Numbered from the stretch's first letter, positions 1 to 9,528 are shown. The stretch: DNA of 26,917 nt from an uncultured Prolixibacteraceae bacterium (GCA_964604035.1 CAZRXT010000003.1:1-26917), one strand, 5' to 3'. A program made the numbers and translations. Notes: a model not told the origin generated them from the sequence alone.

Positions 1-1799
1 CCTTTTTCTTTGTTCGTACCTGTTGATGTAAAAGGTTTTTCGGGATGCCAGAGTTTTTCTTGTGTCGTTTTATCCATTCCAGCGCCATTGTCTGAAACCG
101 AGATGATTACTTCTGTAGGATTCCTCTCTGCTTTGATGGCGATTTTGCCATTTTGGTTGACGAATTTTATAGCATTAGAGGTTAGGTTTCGAACAATTGT
201 CATTATCATATTTTGGTCAGCCACAAATTCAAACCCATCAGTTTCTGGTTTGAAAAGAGAAATCTTTTTGTTCGCAGCAGCAAATTTTAATAGAGATGTA
301 ACCTCTTCACTTATGTCGCTGAAGTTGATTTTTTCGGGTTGAAAGACCAATTGACCCGATTTTGATTTTGTCCATAAAAGCAAATCTTCCAATAAGTTAT
401 ATGTTTGAAGTGCTGAAATGTTCATTTGAATCAAGAGCTCTTCAAGTTCGTCGATGGTGAACGAGCGAATATCGCTTAGAATGGCATCCATTATGCCAAG
501 AATGCCATTGAAAGGACTTCGCAAATCGTGGGCAAGTATTGACATAAAGCGGTCTTTATCGGCAATTAATTGCTTCATTTTTTGCTCCATTTCAATGCGG
601 TCTGTTATGTCGGTGTGCAGGCCAACAAAACGTTCAGGCTCACCTTTTTCATTGAATTTGATGACTTTCCCGCGGTCGAGGAACCATTTATAGCTACCAC
701 TTTTGCTCCTTAAACGGTGAATGTTGGCGTAAAATTCTGTTTCGCCATTAATGTGCTTGTTTATGTTCTGTAACGCAGCTTCTTTGTCTTCCGGATGTAC
801 CAGCTTAATCCATTCATCGATATTATTTTGGATATCATCGTCGGTGTAACCCAGATTAGATTTCCAGCTTCTGGATAGCTTTAGTTCCCTTGTCAAAATG
901 TTCCAGTCCCATACTCCTTCGCTGGCACCTTCCATGGCCATTTTCCACTGATGTTCACTTTCAACTAGAGCTTTTTCAGCATTGATCTTTTCGGTAATGT
1001 CCTCCTTTATACCAATAAAGCTGGTTATTTTGCCATTTTTATTTTTGATGGGAGATATTTGAGCCGACTCCCAGTAAAGTTCACCATTTTTCCGTTTATT
1101 GTGGAAAACTCCATGCCAATTGAATCCTTGTTTTATTGTGCGCCACAGCTCAGAATATTCCTCAGAGGTCGTTTTGCCCGATTTTAATAACCTTGGATTT
1201 TGCCCTAATAGTTCGCTTTTAGAATAACCTGTTGATTCAATTGCTTTTGGATTTGCATATTCAATGTTGCCTTTTAGGTTTGTGATGATAATGCTTACCG
1301 GGCTTTGCTCTATTGCCTGCGAAAGCCTTTCGATTTTTTCTATTGAACGTTTGGACTCTGTAATATCTCTTGTGAAAATTAAGGCAAGATCTTTGCCCAA
1401 AGGTGTAATTCTGCCTTCAAAAAATATCGGATCATCATTTGTATCTGTTTGATATTCATAGTTTATAGTTTTGTTTTGAAGAATTGAATCTTTTATTTTC
1501 TCGAGTGTTTCAGTTGCTGTTTTGTCGTCGAAGATGTCATTCAAGCTCGATCCAACAATTGCATCTTCTGGTAATGTAATGCTTTTAACAGATGAAGAAT
1601 AGAATTCAAGACAAACACCTTTGCTATCAAACACGAAAATTAGATCGGGGATTGCATGTATAATTGCCGATAGTCGTTCGTTTTGGTTCCTGATTTTTTC
1701 ATCTTGCTCTTTTTGCTCAACCTCCTCAAAACGTTTCAGCTTTTCTTTTAAAAGTTGTATTTCTTGTCTTGCAAGTTCAATATCATTTTTGATTTTCAT
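1..1799 (-). CDS. Cytoplasmic PAS-PAS-PAS sensor histidine kinase (HisKA + HATPase_c); 3' end runs off the window
   Basis: Hand-translated open frame from ATG at 1799 (MKIKNDIELARQEIQ...) to base 1. It contains three PAS/PAC blocks (AIPDLIFVFD..., AIEQSPVSIIITNLKGNIEYAN...WESAQISPIKN, ASEGVWDWNI...VHPED), an H-box (SILAHDLRSPF), an N-box (RNLTSNAIKF), a G1 box (SVSDNGAGM) and the start of G2 (STGTNKEKG). No TM segment seen. It is absent from the ORF track because its stop lies outside the window. Confidence 0.95.
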   Translation of the reverse strand, partial: MKIKNDIELARQEIQLLKEKLKRFEEVEQKEQDEKIRNQNERLSAIIHAIPDLIFVFDSKGVCLEFYSSSVKSITLPEDAIVGSSLNDIFDDKTATETLEKIKDSILQNKTINYEYQTDTNDDPIFFEGRITPLGKDLALIFTRDITESKRSIEKIERLSQAIEQSPVSIIITNLKGNIEYANPKAIESTGYSKSELLGQNPRLLKSGKTTSEEYSELWRTIKQGFNWHGVFHNKRKNGELYWESAQISPIKNKNGKITSFIGIKEDITEKINAEKALVESEHQWKMAMEGASEGVWDWNILTRELKLSRSWKSNLGYTDDDIQNNIDEWIKLVHPEDKEAALQNINKHINGETEFYANIHRLRSKSGSYKWFLDRGKVIKFNEKGEPERFVGLHTDITDRIEMEQKMKQLIADKDRFMSILAHDLRSPFNGILGIMDAILSDIRSFTIDELEELLIQMNISALQTYNLLEDLLLWTKSKSGQLVFQPEKINFSDISEEVTSLLKFAAANKKISLFKPETDGFEFVADQNMIMTIVRNLTSNAIKFVNQNGKIAIKAERNPTEVIISVSDNGAGMDKTTQEKLWHPEKPFTSTGTNKEK

Positions 1800-1895
1800 T
1801 TTCGACCAATTTTATGAATAACAATTGCGACTTGTTTTAGTTAAAAAAATAAAGGTGTTTCAATCAAATTTTAATTATAAAAGAGATATGATTGG

Positions 1896-2426
1896 TCAAC
1901 AAAAATATACTTGATTGTATAGTGTGTTTTTGACTCTCTCAAAATCATTTTTTTCCGATAGGTTTCCAGCGGCCATTAGTCTCATTGGTAGGAAGTCATC
2001 ACCTTTTCGATATGGTGGTTGCTTGTATTCGTGTTGCCAAAGTTGAAATCCAGCTCTTTTGTAAAATTCGATTCGTCGCATACTTATTTCATCTTCAGGT
2101 AATTCAACTTCAAGCACAATTGGTCGATTCCTGTTTTCAATAATGATTTTCAATGCTTGTTGCCCGATTCCCTTATTGCGCATTGTTGGGTCTATGGCAA
2201 AATGTTCGATGTAAATAAAATCATCGAAATCCCAGGAGTTGAGCAGTCCAGCTGGTTGATTATCACTTATAATAATGTGAGTAGAAAAGGCATTGTTGTG
2301 CATCGAAATTTGGCGAAGATGAGCCAAATCTCGTCGTTCCGATTCTGGAAATGAAGCTACAAGCAGGTTTTCGCAATATAGACAATATGCGGTGTCTGTA
2401 GGTTTAATTTTTTGAATAGATACCAT
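1896..2426 (-). CDS. GNAT family N-acetyltransferase
   Basis: 176 aa with acetyl-CoA motif A (YIEHFAIDPTMRNKGIGQ) and motif B (RRIEFYKRAGF). The SFPESERRD N-terminus is typical of Bacteroidales members. Confidence 0.9.
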   Translation of the reverse strand: MVSIQKIKPTDTAYCLYCENLLVASFPESERRDLAHLRQISMHNNAFSTHIIISDNQPAGLLNSWDFDDFIYIEHFAIDPTMRNKGIGQQALKIIIENRNRPIVLEVELPEDEISMRRIEFYKRAGFQLWQHEYKQPPYRKGDDFLPMRLMAAGNLSEKNDFERVKNTLYNQVYFC

Positions 2427-2440
2427 TACTTCTTGCTTAT

Positions 2441-3337
2441 TTAGAAAAGAGTAGGAGGGGTGTCGCTTAGTGTTGACGGTCTTTTTAAGTTTGTTCCGAG
2501 TTCCTTGTTAAGTTTTTCGATGAAATAGGCCGAAAGAAGTGGCGATTCCATTTCGATATTCTGATGGACGAAAAAGTAGATGTCTCGCAATCCCTGATCT
2601 GCCCATGTTCTGAGCCGTGTAACCCACTCGTTGAGACGTTGCCTGTCGCTGTGTTGCTCGTTCGAACCAACATAACGTACAAATGCCATAGGGGTTGTTA
2701 ACCGCATGTGCAGCAAATCTCGCCGGCCAGCTGTATCGACCAAGATATTTGTGATTTTGTACTGTTCGAAAAGTTGAGACACTTCGGAAGAAACTGTTTG
2801 GTTGTTAAACCATTCGGTGTTGCGCATCTCGACAGCCAGTGGAATTGCTTTCGGAAAATTTATGATGAAATTAACTAGCTTATCGAAGTTTTTGTATCCA
2901 AAATTGTCGTTCAATTGGAGGAAAACCATGCCTAGTTTTTCTTCAAAATGGCTGATGCTATCGCAATATTGTTCAGTGAGTTGCGAGACATTTGCCAATC
3001 TGTTCCAGTGACTAATATTTTGGGTGATTTTTGGGAAAAATCTGAAGTCGGCAGGTGTTTTGTCGCGCCAAGCATCTATTTGACTGCTTTTTGGCATATT
3101 GTAAAACGTCGCATTCAGTTCTATGGAATTAAATTGTGTTGAATAATATTGAAGTTCATCTTTTGTGCCTCGCGGATAGAAATTCTTCAAATCTTGTTTG
3201 TTCCATTTTGCACAACCAACAGAAACATTCAAAGGTTTTGATTTGTCGTTTTGTTCAAGAATTATACTTGTTCCCGGATGATCAATGGGTAACGAAAAAT
3301 CAACAGAATCAGGGTTTTCTACTTTTCCAAATTGCAT
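2441..3337 (-). CDS. DUF72 (YecE-like) TIM-barrel protein
   Basis: 298 aa with the family motifs VGCAKW, YYSTQFNSIELNATFY, FFPKITQNISH, LGMVFLQL, AVEMRNTEWF, YVRYVG and YFFVHQ. Confidence 0.92.
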   Translation of the reverse strand: MQFGKVENPDSVDFSLPIDHPGTSIILEQNDKSKPLNVSVGCAKWNKQDLKNFYPRGTKDELQYYSTQFNSIELNATFYNMPKSSQIDAWRDKTPADFRFFPKITQNISHWNRLANVSQLTEQYCDSISHFEEKLGMVFLQLNDNFGYKNFDKLVNFIINFPKAIPLAVEMRNTEWFNNQTVSSEVSQLFEQYKITNILVDTAGRRDLLHMRLTTPMAFVRYVGSNEQHSDRQRLNEWVTRLRTWADQGLRDIYFFVHQNIEMESPLLSAYFIEKLNKELGTNLKRPSTLSDTPPTLF

Positions 3338-3349
3338 AGACGATGCTTT

Positions 3350-4078
3350 TTATTCTTGTCTGTCATTGTAAATCTGAGCACCATTGCCCCAATCGAATCT
3401 GCATTTTGTGGCGACATGAAAATGAGCTTTCGCAATTCCCAAATCGATTAGTTCAAAACGTTGCTTATTTTCAACAGAGGCCCTTAACTCATTTTCACTA
3501 TATGTGAACGTTACAGGTTGCCTGTTAACTGCCGAAGGGGCTTTTTGCACTGCTTTCAGCCCTTCGTAAATCCATGTTGGAATAGGTGAGTCCGATTTGT
3601 AAAACTCTTCAATAAGTTTCGATTTAGGAGCTGCTAATTTGTGAATCAGTCGTTCCTTAAAAGTAACTTCGGGCACGTTTCCAACGGTTATAACACATTC
3701 AAGCAATTCATCTTCGCCAAGTGTTACAAAGTTGCTTCCGCGGTCGAATGTGCCACCAACCCAGCATGTTCCAAGCCCTAAATTAGTGGCTTCCAAAACC
3801 AACAATTCGCCATAAAAACCAAGCTTTTCTTTTCGGTTTTCGTCATCTTTTTTACCAATCAAAGCAATAATCGTTCGTACACCTTTGAAAAGTCCGTAGC
3901 TTTTTGAAACGCCGTTAAATGCGTTACTGGCATCTTCGATAATTGTAATCCGAAGGTTTGCTTCAGAATTATATTTTTCGGCCAACATGCTGAGAAATTC
4001 TAATTTAGATGTTTCAATTGGCGTTTCGAGGTAGGTGCGACGCGACTTTCTTTTAGCTATTGCATCATTATAGTCCAT
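3350..4078 (-). CDS. Nitroreductase-family flavoprotein (TM1586-like)
   Basis: FMN-binding start AIAKRKSRRTY, then GFYGELLVLEATNLGLGTCWVGG, and a second half-domain APSAVNRQP...IDLGIAKAHF. Start moved to ATG 4078; the track start at 4135 overlaps the upstream gene. Confidence 0.88.
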   Translation of the reverse strand: MDYNDAIAKRKSRRTYLETPIETSKLEFLSMLAEKYNSEANLRITIIEDASNAFNGVSKSYGLFKGVRTIIALIGKKDDENRKEKLGFYGELLVLEATNLGLGTCWVGGTFDRGSNFVTLGEDELLECVITVGNVPEVTFKERLIHKLAAPKSKLIEEFYKSDSPIPTWIYEGLKAVQKAPSAVNRQPVTFTYSENELRASVENKQRFELIDLGIAKAHFHVATKCRFDWGNGAQIYNDRQE

Positions 4079-4085
4079 AATCGAA

Positions 4086-5234
4086 TTATTTGTCAAACTT
4101 AATGTCGAAAACAACAACTTCGGGGCGATTGCCAATCCTTACCGATGGTCCCCAAGTTCCGTAACCAGATGAGACATAAAAATTTGTATCTCCTTTTTTC
4201 AAATAGCCCCAACTCAATTCAAACATTGCTTTGGTAATATAATTGAAAGGCCACATTTGTCCATGATGTGTGTGGCCCGAAAGGTGGAGATCAACATTCT
4301 CATTTGCAGCTTCATCAAGGTTGTAGGGTTGATGGTTCATAACAATAATTGGTCTTTCGTGATCGGCGTTGGCAAGCAGATCGGTCAATGGTTTTTGGCT
4401 GTTTTTGTCGAATCCTGCTGAAGATCTATCGTTTCGGCCTACCAATTGTACTCCGTTTGGCAAAGTCACGACCGAATCGAGCAACATTTTGATGTTGATG
4501 CTCTTCAAATATGGCAGCGATTTTTTAATTCCGCCAATATACTCATGGTTGCCGGTGATTGCGTAAACTCCCATTGGGGTTTGGATTTCCTGAATATGTT
4601 TCCCCAAATTCTTTCTGATTACAGGTTCTATTTCGCTATCGATAAGGTCGCCACAAAGCAGAACCAGATCCGGCTTTTGTGCGTTGATTATGTCGAGCAA
4701 ATGTTTCTCTCGGTTTTCGCCAATTAATGCTCCCAAATGAATGTCGGAAGCCATCAATATTCTCATTCCTTGGTTGCCATCAACTTTCTTGTTAATTGTT
4801 AAAGGAATATTCTTTACATTGATTGTCATTGCATTAATGTGGCCACCAATTATAATAACGGTTACGAGAGAAACGGTTATTAAACCTAAGTTGAATTTGA
4901 ATGCCTGATTTATTTCAGGAAGAAAATTGAAGAAGTGGTTAGCAATTCTTACCAAATCGACCAACACTAAAGCCATTAGCATATAAAGCATAAAAGGAAG
5001 CCAGAATGTACCAATACGGAAAACCCACTCGCTGAAGGCCGACGAAGCTGTCCTTTCTAAAATCATTCCCAGAAAAAAAGAATAACTAATTGCGATATAG
5101 GCAATAATGTACCATTTTTTTAGAGGTTGGGTTATTGTAAATGCCTGTATTCCTCGAATGCAGATGTAGTAGTTAGCAAGAGAATAAATTGCCAACGTGG
5201 TCAGAAAAACCAAAATGAAAATAGATAATCTCAT
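4086..5234 (-). CDS. Membrane-anchored metallophosphoesterase (YkuE/YaeI-like, calcineurin-like superfamily)
   Basis: About 4 N-terminal TM helices followed by all five MPP motifs: SDIHLG, GDLID, GNHEY, NHQP and SGHTHHGQ. Confidence 0.93.
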   Translation of the reverse strand: MRLSIFILVFLTTLAIYSLANYYICIRGIQAFTITQPLKKWYIIAYIAISYSFFLGMILERTASSAFSEWVFRIGTFWLPFMLYMLMALVLVDLVRIANHFFNFLPEINQAFKFNLGLITVSLVTVIIIGGHINAMTINVKNIPLTINKKVDGNQGMRILMASDIHLGALIGENREKHLLDIINAQKPDLVLLCGDLIDSEIEPVIRKNLGKHIQEIQTPMGVYAITGNHEYIGGIKKSLPYLKSINIKMLLDSVVTLPNGVQLVGRNDRSSAGFDKNSQKPLTDLLANADHERPIIVMNHQPYNLDEAANENVDLHLSGHTHHGQMWPFNYITKAMFELSWGYLKKGDTNFYVSSGYGTWGPSVRIGNRPEVVVFDIKFDK

Positions 5235-5256
5235 AATTTGAATTGATTGTAACTAT

Positions 5257-5574
5257 TTAGCATTTATCACTTTTCTTCTTTCCAGCACCTTTCCCGCCAA
5301 GAAATCCCCAGCCACCGCTACCAATAAGAAAACCAAAAGCATACCATGCGCCATTATTGTTTGTTGCATAAATTGTTATGTCTTTGTTGAATAGCGAAAT
5401 TACAAAGTCGATTGGGGCAATTATTCCATGCCATAAACCTCCCCAGAATCCAAACTGCTGACCGGTAAGGCAAGCATCAATTACTTCTTTTTTTGCACAC
5501 GACGAGAAGATGATTAGGAGCAAAAGTGTTGAAAATAAAACAGATAAATTTTTAATGGTAGAATTTGTTTTCAT
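5257..5574 (-). CDS. Small conserved hypothetical lipoprotein/membrane protein
   Basis: 105 aa with lipobox-like IIFSSC and a Gly/Trp-rich hydrophobic core (GFWGGLWHGIIAP...NNNGAWYAFGFLIG). It heads the minus-strand run. Confidence 0.75.
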   Translation of the reverse strand: MKTNSTIKNLSVLFSTLLLLIIFSSCAKKEVIDACLTGQQFGFWGGLWHGIIAPIDFVISLFNKDITIYATNNNGAWYAFGFLIGSGGWGFLGGKGAGKKKSDKC

Positions 5575-5696
5575 GAGTATTTGATATTAGAAGTCAACGA
5601 TTTAATCTTTTTCAGGTGTAAATATAAGCGCAATTTGTTAAAAATATCAACGTTCTCTTTTTCGGTTATAGCTATCTTTTATCTTCATCAATTTGT

Positions 5697-5704
5697 TAGT
5701 TTTG
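5697..5704 (+). promoter_or_regulatory. Bacteroidota housekeeping promoter -7 box for the yggS operon
   Basis: TAGTTTTG matches TAnnTTTG exactly, 16 bp before the ATG at 5721. No clear -33 TTTG. Confidence 0.55.
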
Positions 5705-5720
5705 TAAAAAGCATTTAAGA

Positions 5721-6392
5721 ATGTCTGTTTCAGAAAATCTAAATAAAGTAAGGTCAACTTTACCTGCTGGTGTTAAGTTGATTGCAGTGTCGAAAACGAA
5801 ACCAATTTCTGCAATTGTTGACGCTTATAATTGTGGGCAGCGGCTTTTTGGTGAGAATAAAGTTCAGGAGTTGACCGAGAAATTCGAATCGCTTCCCAAA
5901 GATATTGAGTGGCATTTAATTGGTCATCTTCAGACTAATAAAGTAAAATATGTGGCTTCGTTTGTTGCAATGGTTCATGCCGTTGACAGTTTGAAATTGC
6001 TTGCCGAAATAAATAAAGAAGCTTCGAAACACAACCGGATTATCAATTGTTTGTTGCAATTTCACATTGCTCAAGAGGATACAAAGTTTGGATTAGATTT
6101 CGATGGAGCTTGTGAAATTCTTGATTCTTCCGATTTTCGGGATATGAAAAATGTTCATATATCGGGAGTTATGGGCATGGCAACTTACACCGATAATATA
6201 GAGCAAGTGAGCAGCGAATTTGGTTCTCTTCGGAATATTTTTATCGAATTGAAAAACAGATATTTTACTGACGATTCTGCCTTTTCTGAAATATCAATGG
6301 GAATGTCCGACGATTATCTGATTGCAATTGAGCAAGGCGCTACAATGGTCAGGGTAGGCAGTACAATATTTGGAGAAAGAGTTTATTTGTAA
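5721..6392 (+). CDS. yggS: PLP homeostasis protein YggS/PROSC
   Basis: LIAVSKTKP (PLP-binding Lys), FGENKVQE, WHLIGHLQTNKVK, GVMGMAT, SMGMSDDY and MVRVGSTIFG. Confidence 0.98.
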   Translation: MSVSENLNKVRSTLPAGVKLIAVSKTKPISAIVDAYNCGQRLFGENKVQELTEKFESLPKDIEWHLIGHLQTNKVKYVASFVAMVHAVDSLKLLAEINKEASKHNRIINCLLQFHIAQEDTKFGLDFDGACEILDSSDFRDMKNVHISGVMGMATYTDNIEQVSSEFGSLRNIFIELKNRYFTDDSAFSEISMGMSDDYLIAIEQGATMVRVGSTIFGERVYL

Positions 6393-6415
6393 TGTTAACT
6401 TAAAATATATAAGCT

Positions 6416-7411
6416 ATGATCAGTTTGGAAACCAATTACATGGGGTTGGTATTAAAAAATCCACTTGTAGCAGGAAGTTCGGGTTTTACTGGCTCGGCCA
6501 AGTTGATAAAACAATTGGCTGCGGCTGGAGTTGGGGCAGTGGTTTTGAAATCGCTGTTCGAAGAGCAAATAAATATTGAATCTCGAAAAATTGTCTCTTC
6601 CAACGATCAAAATTACAGTTATCCGGGAGCCGAAGAGTACATCCGAAACTATACGAAAAGCAATACTCTTCAGCAATATCTCGATTTGATTAGGGAAGTA
6701 AAAAAGGCTGTTGATATCCCCGTTATTGCAAGCATAAATTGTGTTGGTAATTCCGATTGGACAACTTTTGCTAGAGATATTGAAGCTGCCGGTGCCAATG
6801 CTATCGAGCTAAATATCTTCGAACTGGCTGTTGATAGGAATATTTCAGCCGAAAAATATGAACAGAAATACCTCGATATTTTAAGGGCGGTAAAAAAGAA
6901 TATTTCGATTCCTGTTGCGGTCAAAATCAGTCAGTATTTTACAAATATTGTGCGCGTGGTTGACCAACTTTATGCTAATGGAGCCAATTCGGTTGTCCTT
7001 TTTAATCGTTTTTGGGAGCCAGACATTGATTTGGAGAAACTTGAAATTACAACTGCAAGTATTGTTAGTTCGCCCAACGATTTGACTAAAACGTTGCGAT
7101 GGACAGGCATTGTTAATGGGGTGCTTCCCAATGTGCAAATTGCCGCTTCTACAGGTATTCACAATGGCGATGGCGTTCTGAAAGCAATTTTGGCTGGAGC
7201 TCAGGTTGCTCAGCTTTGTTCAACATTGTATATCAATGGGTATGGAGTTGTAGAGCAAATGTTGACAGAGATGGAGTCTTTTATGAAAAAATGGAATTTC
7301 AATTCAATTGCCGACTTTAGAGGTAAATTGAATTATTCTGAAATTCCGGCTTTTGATAAATATGAAAGGGTTCAGTTTATGAAATATTTCTCAGGTAAAG
7401 AGTTGATATAA
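6416..7411 (+). CDS. Dihydroorotate dehydrogenase-like FMN protein (DHOD_like), not a canonical PyrD
   Basis: YMGLVLKNPLVAGSS, VVLKSLFEEQI, PVIASINC, PVAVKI, VVLFNRF and STGIH...LAGAQVAQLCSTLY. The catalytic ELNxSCPN loop is replaced by ELNIFEL. Confidence 0.88.
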   Translation: MISLETNYMGLVLKNPLVAGSSGFTGSAKLIKQLAAAGVGAVVLKSLFEEQINIESRKIVSSNDQNYSYPGAEEYIRNYTKSNTLQQYLDLIREVKKAVDIPVIASINCVGNSDWTTFARDIEAAGANAIELNIFELAVDRNISAEKYEQKYLDILRAVKKNISIPVAVKISQYFTNIVRVVDQLYANGANSVVLFNRFWEPDIDLEKLEITTASIVSSPNDLTKTLRWTGIVNGVLPNVQIAASTGIHNGDGVLKAILAGAQVAQLCSTLYINGYGVVEQMLTEMESFMKKWNFNSIADFRGKLNYSEIPAFDKYERVQFMKYFSGKELI

Positions 7412-7430
7412 TATTTAAAATCAAAGTTCT

Positions 7431-8423
7431 ATGAAAGTGGTTTTTATTGGAGGTTCAGGAATTATTAGTTCAGCCTCTACCAATTTGGCTCTCAAAAAGG
7501 GGATCGATCTTTTTCATCTCAATAGGGGAAATAGTTCGTCAATCCGACCTGTTCCAGCAGAAGTTAAGCAACTGACGGCTGATGTTCGAGACGCAGATCA
7601 AGCATCAAAAGTGCTTGAGAATCATTTTTTTGACACCGTGGTCGACTGGATTTCGTTTGTTCCTGAACATCTTGAGAATAACCTGAAACTGTTTGCGGGC
7701 AAAGCTAAGCAGTACGTGTTTATAAGCAGTGCATCGGCTTATCAAACTCCACCCGAAAAACTGCCCGTTACAGAACGAACCCCGCTCGAAAATCCGTTTT
7801 GGGAATATTCGCGCAACAAAATTGCTTGTGAAGATTTCCTTCGAAAACATGCCGAAAAATACGGGATGAAATTTACAATTATCCGTCCATCACATACTTA
7901 CGATAAAACGTTGTTGCCTTTCGACGGAGGATATACTGTTTTGAAACGAATGCTCGATGGTAAACCTGTTGTGGTATTGGGCGACGGAACTTCAATTTGG
8001 ACATTAACGCACCACAAAGATTTTGCTGTTGGGTTGGTTGGTTTGCTGAATAACCCAAAGGCAATGAATAATTATTTCCAAATTACTTCTGATGAGTGGC
8101 TTACATGGAATCAAATTTACAACATAGTTGGAAATGCTTTTGGCGTAACGCCTAAACTTGTTCATGTTCCGTCAGAAATTATTGCTTCGTACATTCCAGA
8201 AATAGGCGATGGTTTGTTGGGCGATAAAATGCATAGCATGATCTTTGACAATTCGAAAATCAAGAATGCAGTGCCCGAATTTGGATGTAAAATTCCTTTT
8301 GAAGAAGGTGTAAAAGATTTGGCGGACTGGTACACAAGCAACCAATCGGACAAAACCATCAATAGTGAACTCGATTCAATGTTTGATAAAATAATTTCTG
8401 ATATTAATAGTTTAATGAAATGA
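7431..8423 (+). CDS. NAD-dependent epimerase/dehydratase-family (atypical SDR) protein
   Basis: Rossmann motif FIGGSGIISS, YVFISSASAY, YSRNK (YxxxK) and IIRPSHTY. Confidence 0.9.
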   Translation: MKVVFIGGSGIISSASTNLALKKGIDLFHLNRGNSSSIRPVPAEVKQLTADVRDADQASKVLENHFFDTVVDWISFVPEHLENNLKLFAGKAKQYVFISSASAYQTPPEKLPVTERTPLENPFWEYSRNKIACEDFLRKHAEKYGMKFTIIRPSHTYDKTLLPFDGGYTVLKRMLDGKPVVVLGDGTSIWTLTHHKDFAVGLVGLLNNPKAMNNYFQITSDEWLTWNQIYNIVGNAFGVTPKLVHVPSEIIASYIPEIGDGLLGDKMHSMIFDNSKIKNAVPEFGCKIPFEEGVKDLADWYTSNQSDKTINSELDSMFDKIISDINSLMK

Positions 8424-8803
8424 GAAACAGTTTCTTATATTCTTTATTTTTAGCTCTTTTCTTCTTTTCGGCTTGCAACGAAACAAGCAAAACTGTTGTT
8501 TCAGTTGCCGATGATTTCTCGGCTATTGGTAATGGGAAAATGGTTGCTACGGTCGAGAATGCTGGCGACAAGGTTAAGCTTTCGGGTAGCCTTGAGTTAG
8601 AGGAGGGAATTTTTACCGTCTATCTGTCTAATCCCGACCAGGATACAATTTTTACAAAAGTTTATTCGCAATTCGGAAAGTATAAAATCGATGAAGAATT
8701 TGATCGGATGATAGGAGAGTGGGTTTTTAGTTATACAATTGAAATGGTTAATAAGACAGCTCCCGCAGGAGTTTTCGATTTCGATATTACTTACAACGAT
8801 TGA
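8420..8803 (+). CDS. Hypothetical lipoprotein
   Basis: 127 aa with a signal peptide and lipobox FFSAC, and a beta-rich mature region. ATGA overlap with the upstream stop. Confidence 0.7.
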   Translation: MRNSFLYSLFLALFFFSACNETSKTVVSVADDFSAIGNGKMVATVENAGDKVKLSGSLELEEGIFTVYLSNPDQDTIFTKVYSQFGKYKIDEEFDRMIGEWVFSYTIEMVNKTAPAGVFDFDITYND

Positions 8804-8805
8804 TA

Positions 8806-9528
8806 ATGGCAGATCAGGAACAATTTTATAATCAATTTGATGAATCGTTTTTCAAAGATGGTTACAATATTTGTGACCTCTATTTGGCGGGAGGATTTAC
8901 AAAAGAGAATCTTTTTGCCGCTCAAAAGCATTTATATAAAACCATTGATGAGCTGAACGATATGTTTCTGAGCCGTGTGGCAAAAGAAAATAACCCATCG
9001 GCTTGCAAAATGGGATGCTCTCTTTGCTGCCATCAAACAGTACTAGCTTCTCCCTATGAGCTGCTCTATTTGGCCGATTTTGTGAGTAATAAATTTTCTG
9101 TCGACGCTTTGGGTGTAATTAAACAACGAGCCGAAAACAAGAAGCAGCAAACTTCGAAACTTAGGATTCAGAAATTGCTGAAACACAAGGAGCCTTGTCC
9201 TCTACTTCATCCTTCAGGTGGGTTTTGCCGCGCTTATCAGGCTCGCCCTATGGCTTGTCGAATCTATCTTTCTTCGTGCGTGAAAAGTTGCGAAGACGAC
9301 CTAAATAATCCCGACGACGATACCATATTCCCAAAATTATACGAAATGCCGCTCAGGGCTGGACAAATGATGAACGAAGGTTTTCAGGCTCGCTTGCGTA
9401 ATGGTCGGATGGACAACCTTCAGGCTTTTGAAAATACAATTGAGGAAGGACTTTTAACGGCTCTTAACGAAAATGCTTTTGAAAACTGGTTGAATGGGAA
9501 GAATGTTTTTCGTAAAATTGCCGACTAA
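8806..9528 (+). CDS. YkgJ-family cysteine-cluster (CxxxCxxCC) putative Zn/Fe-S protein
   Basis: ACKMGCSLCCHQTV, PCPLL and CRAYQARPMACR. ATG at 8806 preferred over TTG at 8800. Confidence 0.88.
   Translation: MADQEQFYNQFDESFFKDGYNICDLYLAGGFTKENLFAAQKHLYKTIDELNDMFLSRVAKENNPSACKMGCSLCCHQTVLASPYELLYLADFVSNKFSVDALGVIKQRAENKKQQTSKLRIQKLLKHKEPCPLLHPSGGFCRAYQARPMACRIYLSSCVKSCEDDLNNPDDDTIFPKLYEMPLRAGQMMNEGFQARLRNGRMDNLQAFENTIEEGLLTALNENAFENWLNGKNVFRKIAD

Noticed and set aside
10-1821. Plus-strand ORFs 10..342, 454..693, 1264..1452 and 1621..1821
   Set aside because: They are antisense shadows of the histidine kinase, which the track missed because its stop lies outside the window.
4079-4135. Extended N-terminus of the nitroreductase ORF
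   Set aside because: It overlaps the 3' end of the metallophosphoesterase gene. The family-typical start is MDYNDAI at 4078.
6416-7411. Calling this gene pyrD
   Set aside because: The catalytic SCPN loop is absent, and it fits the DHOD_like clade.
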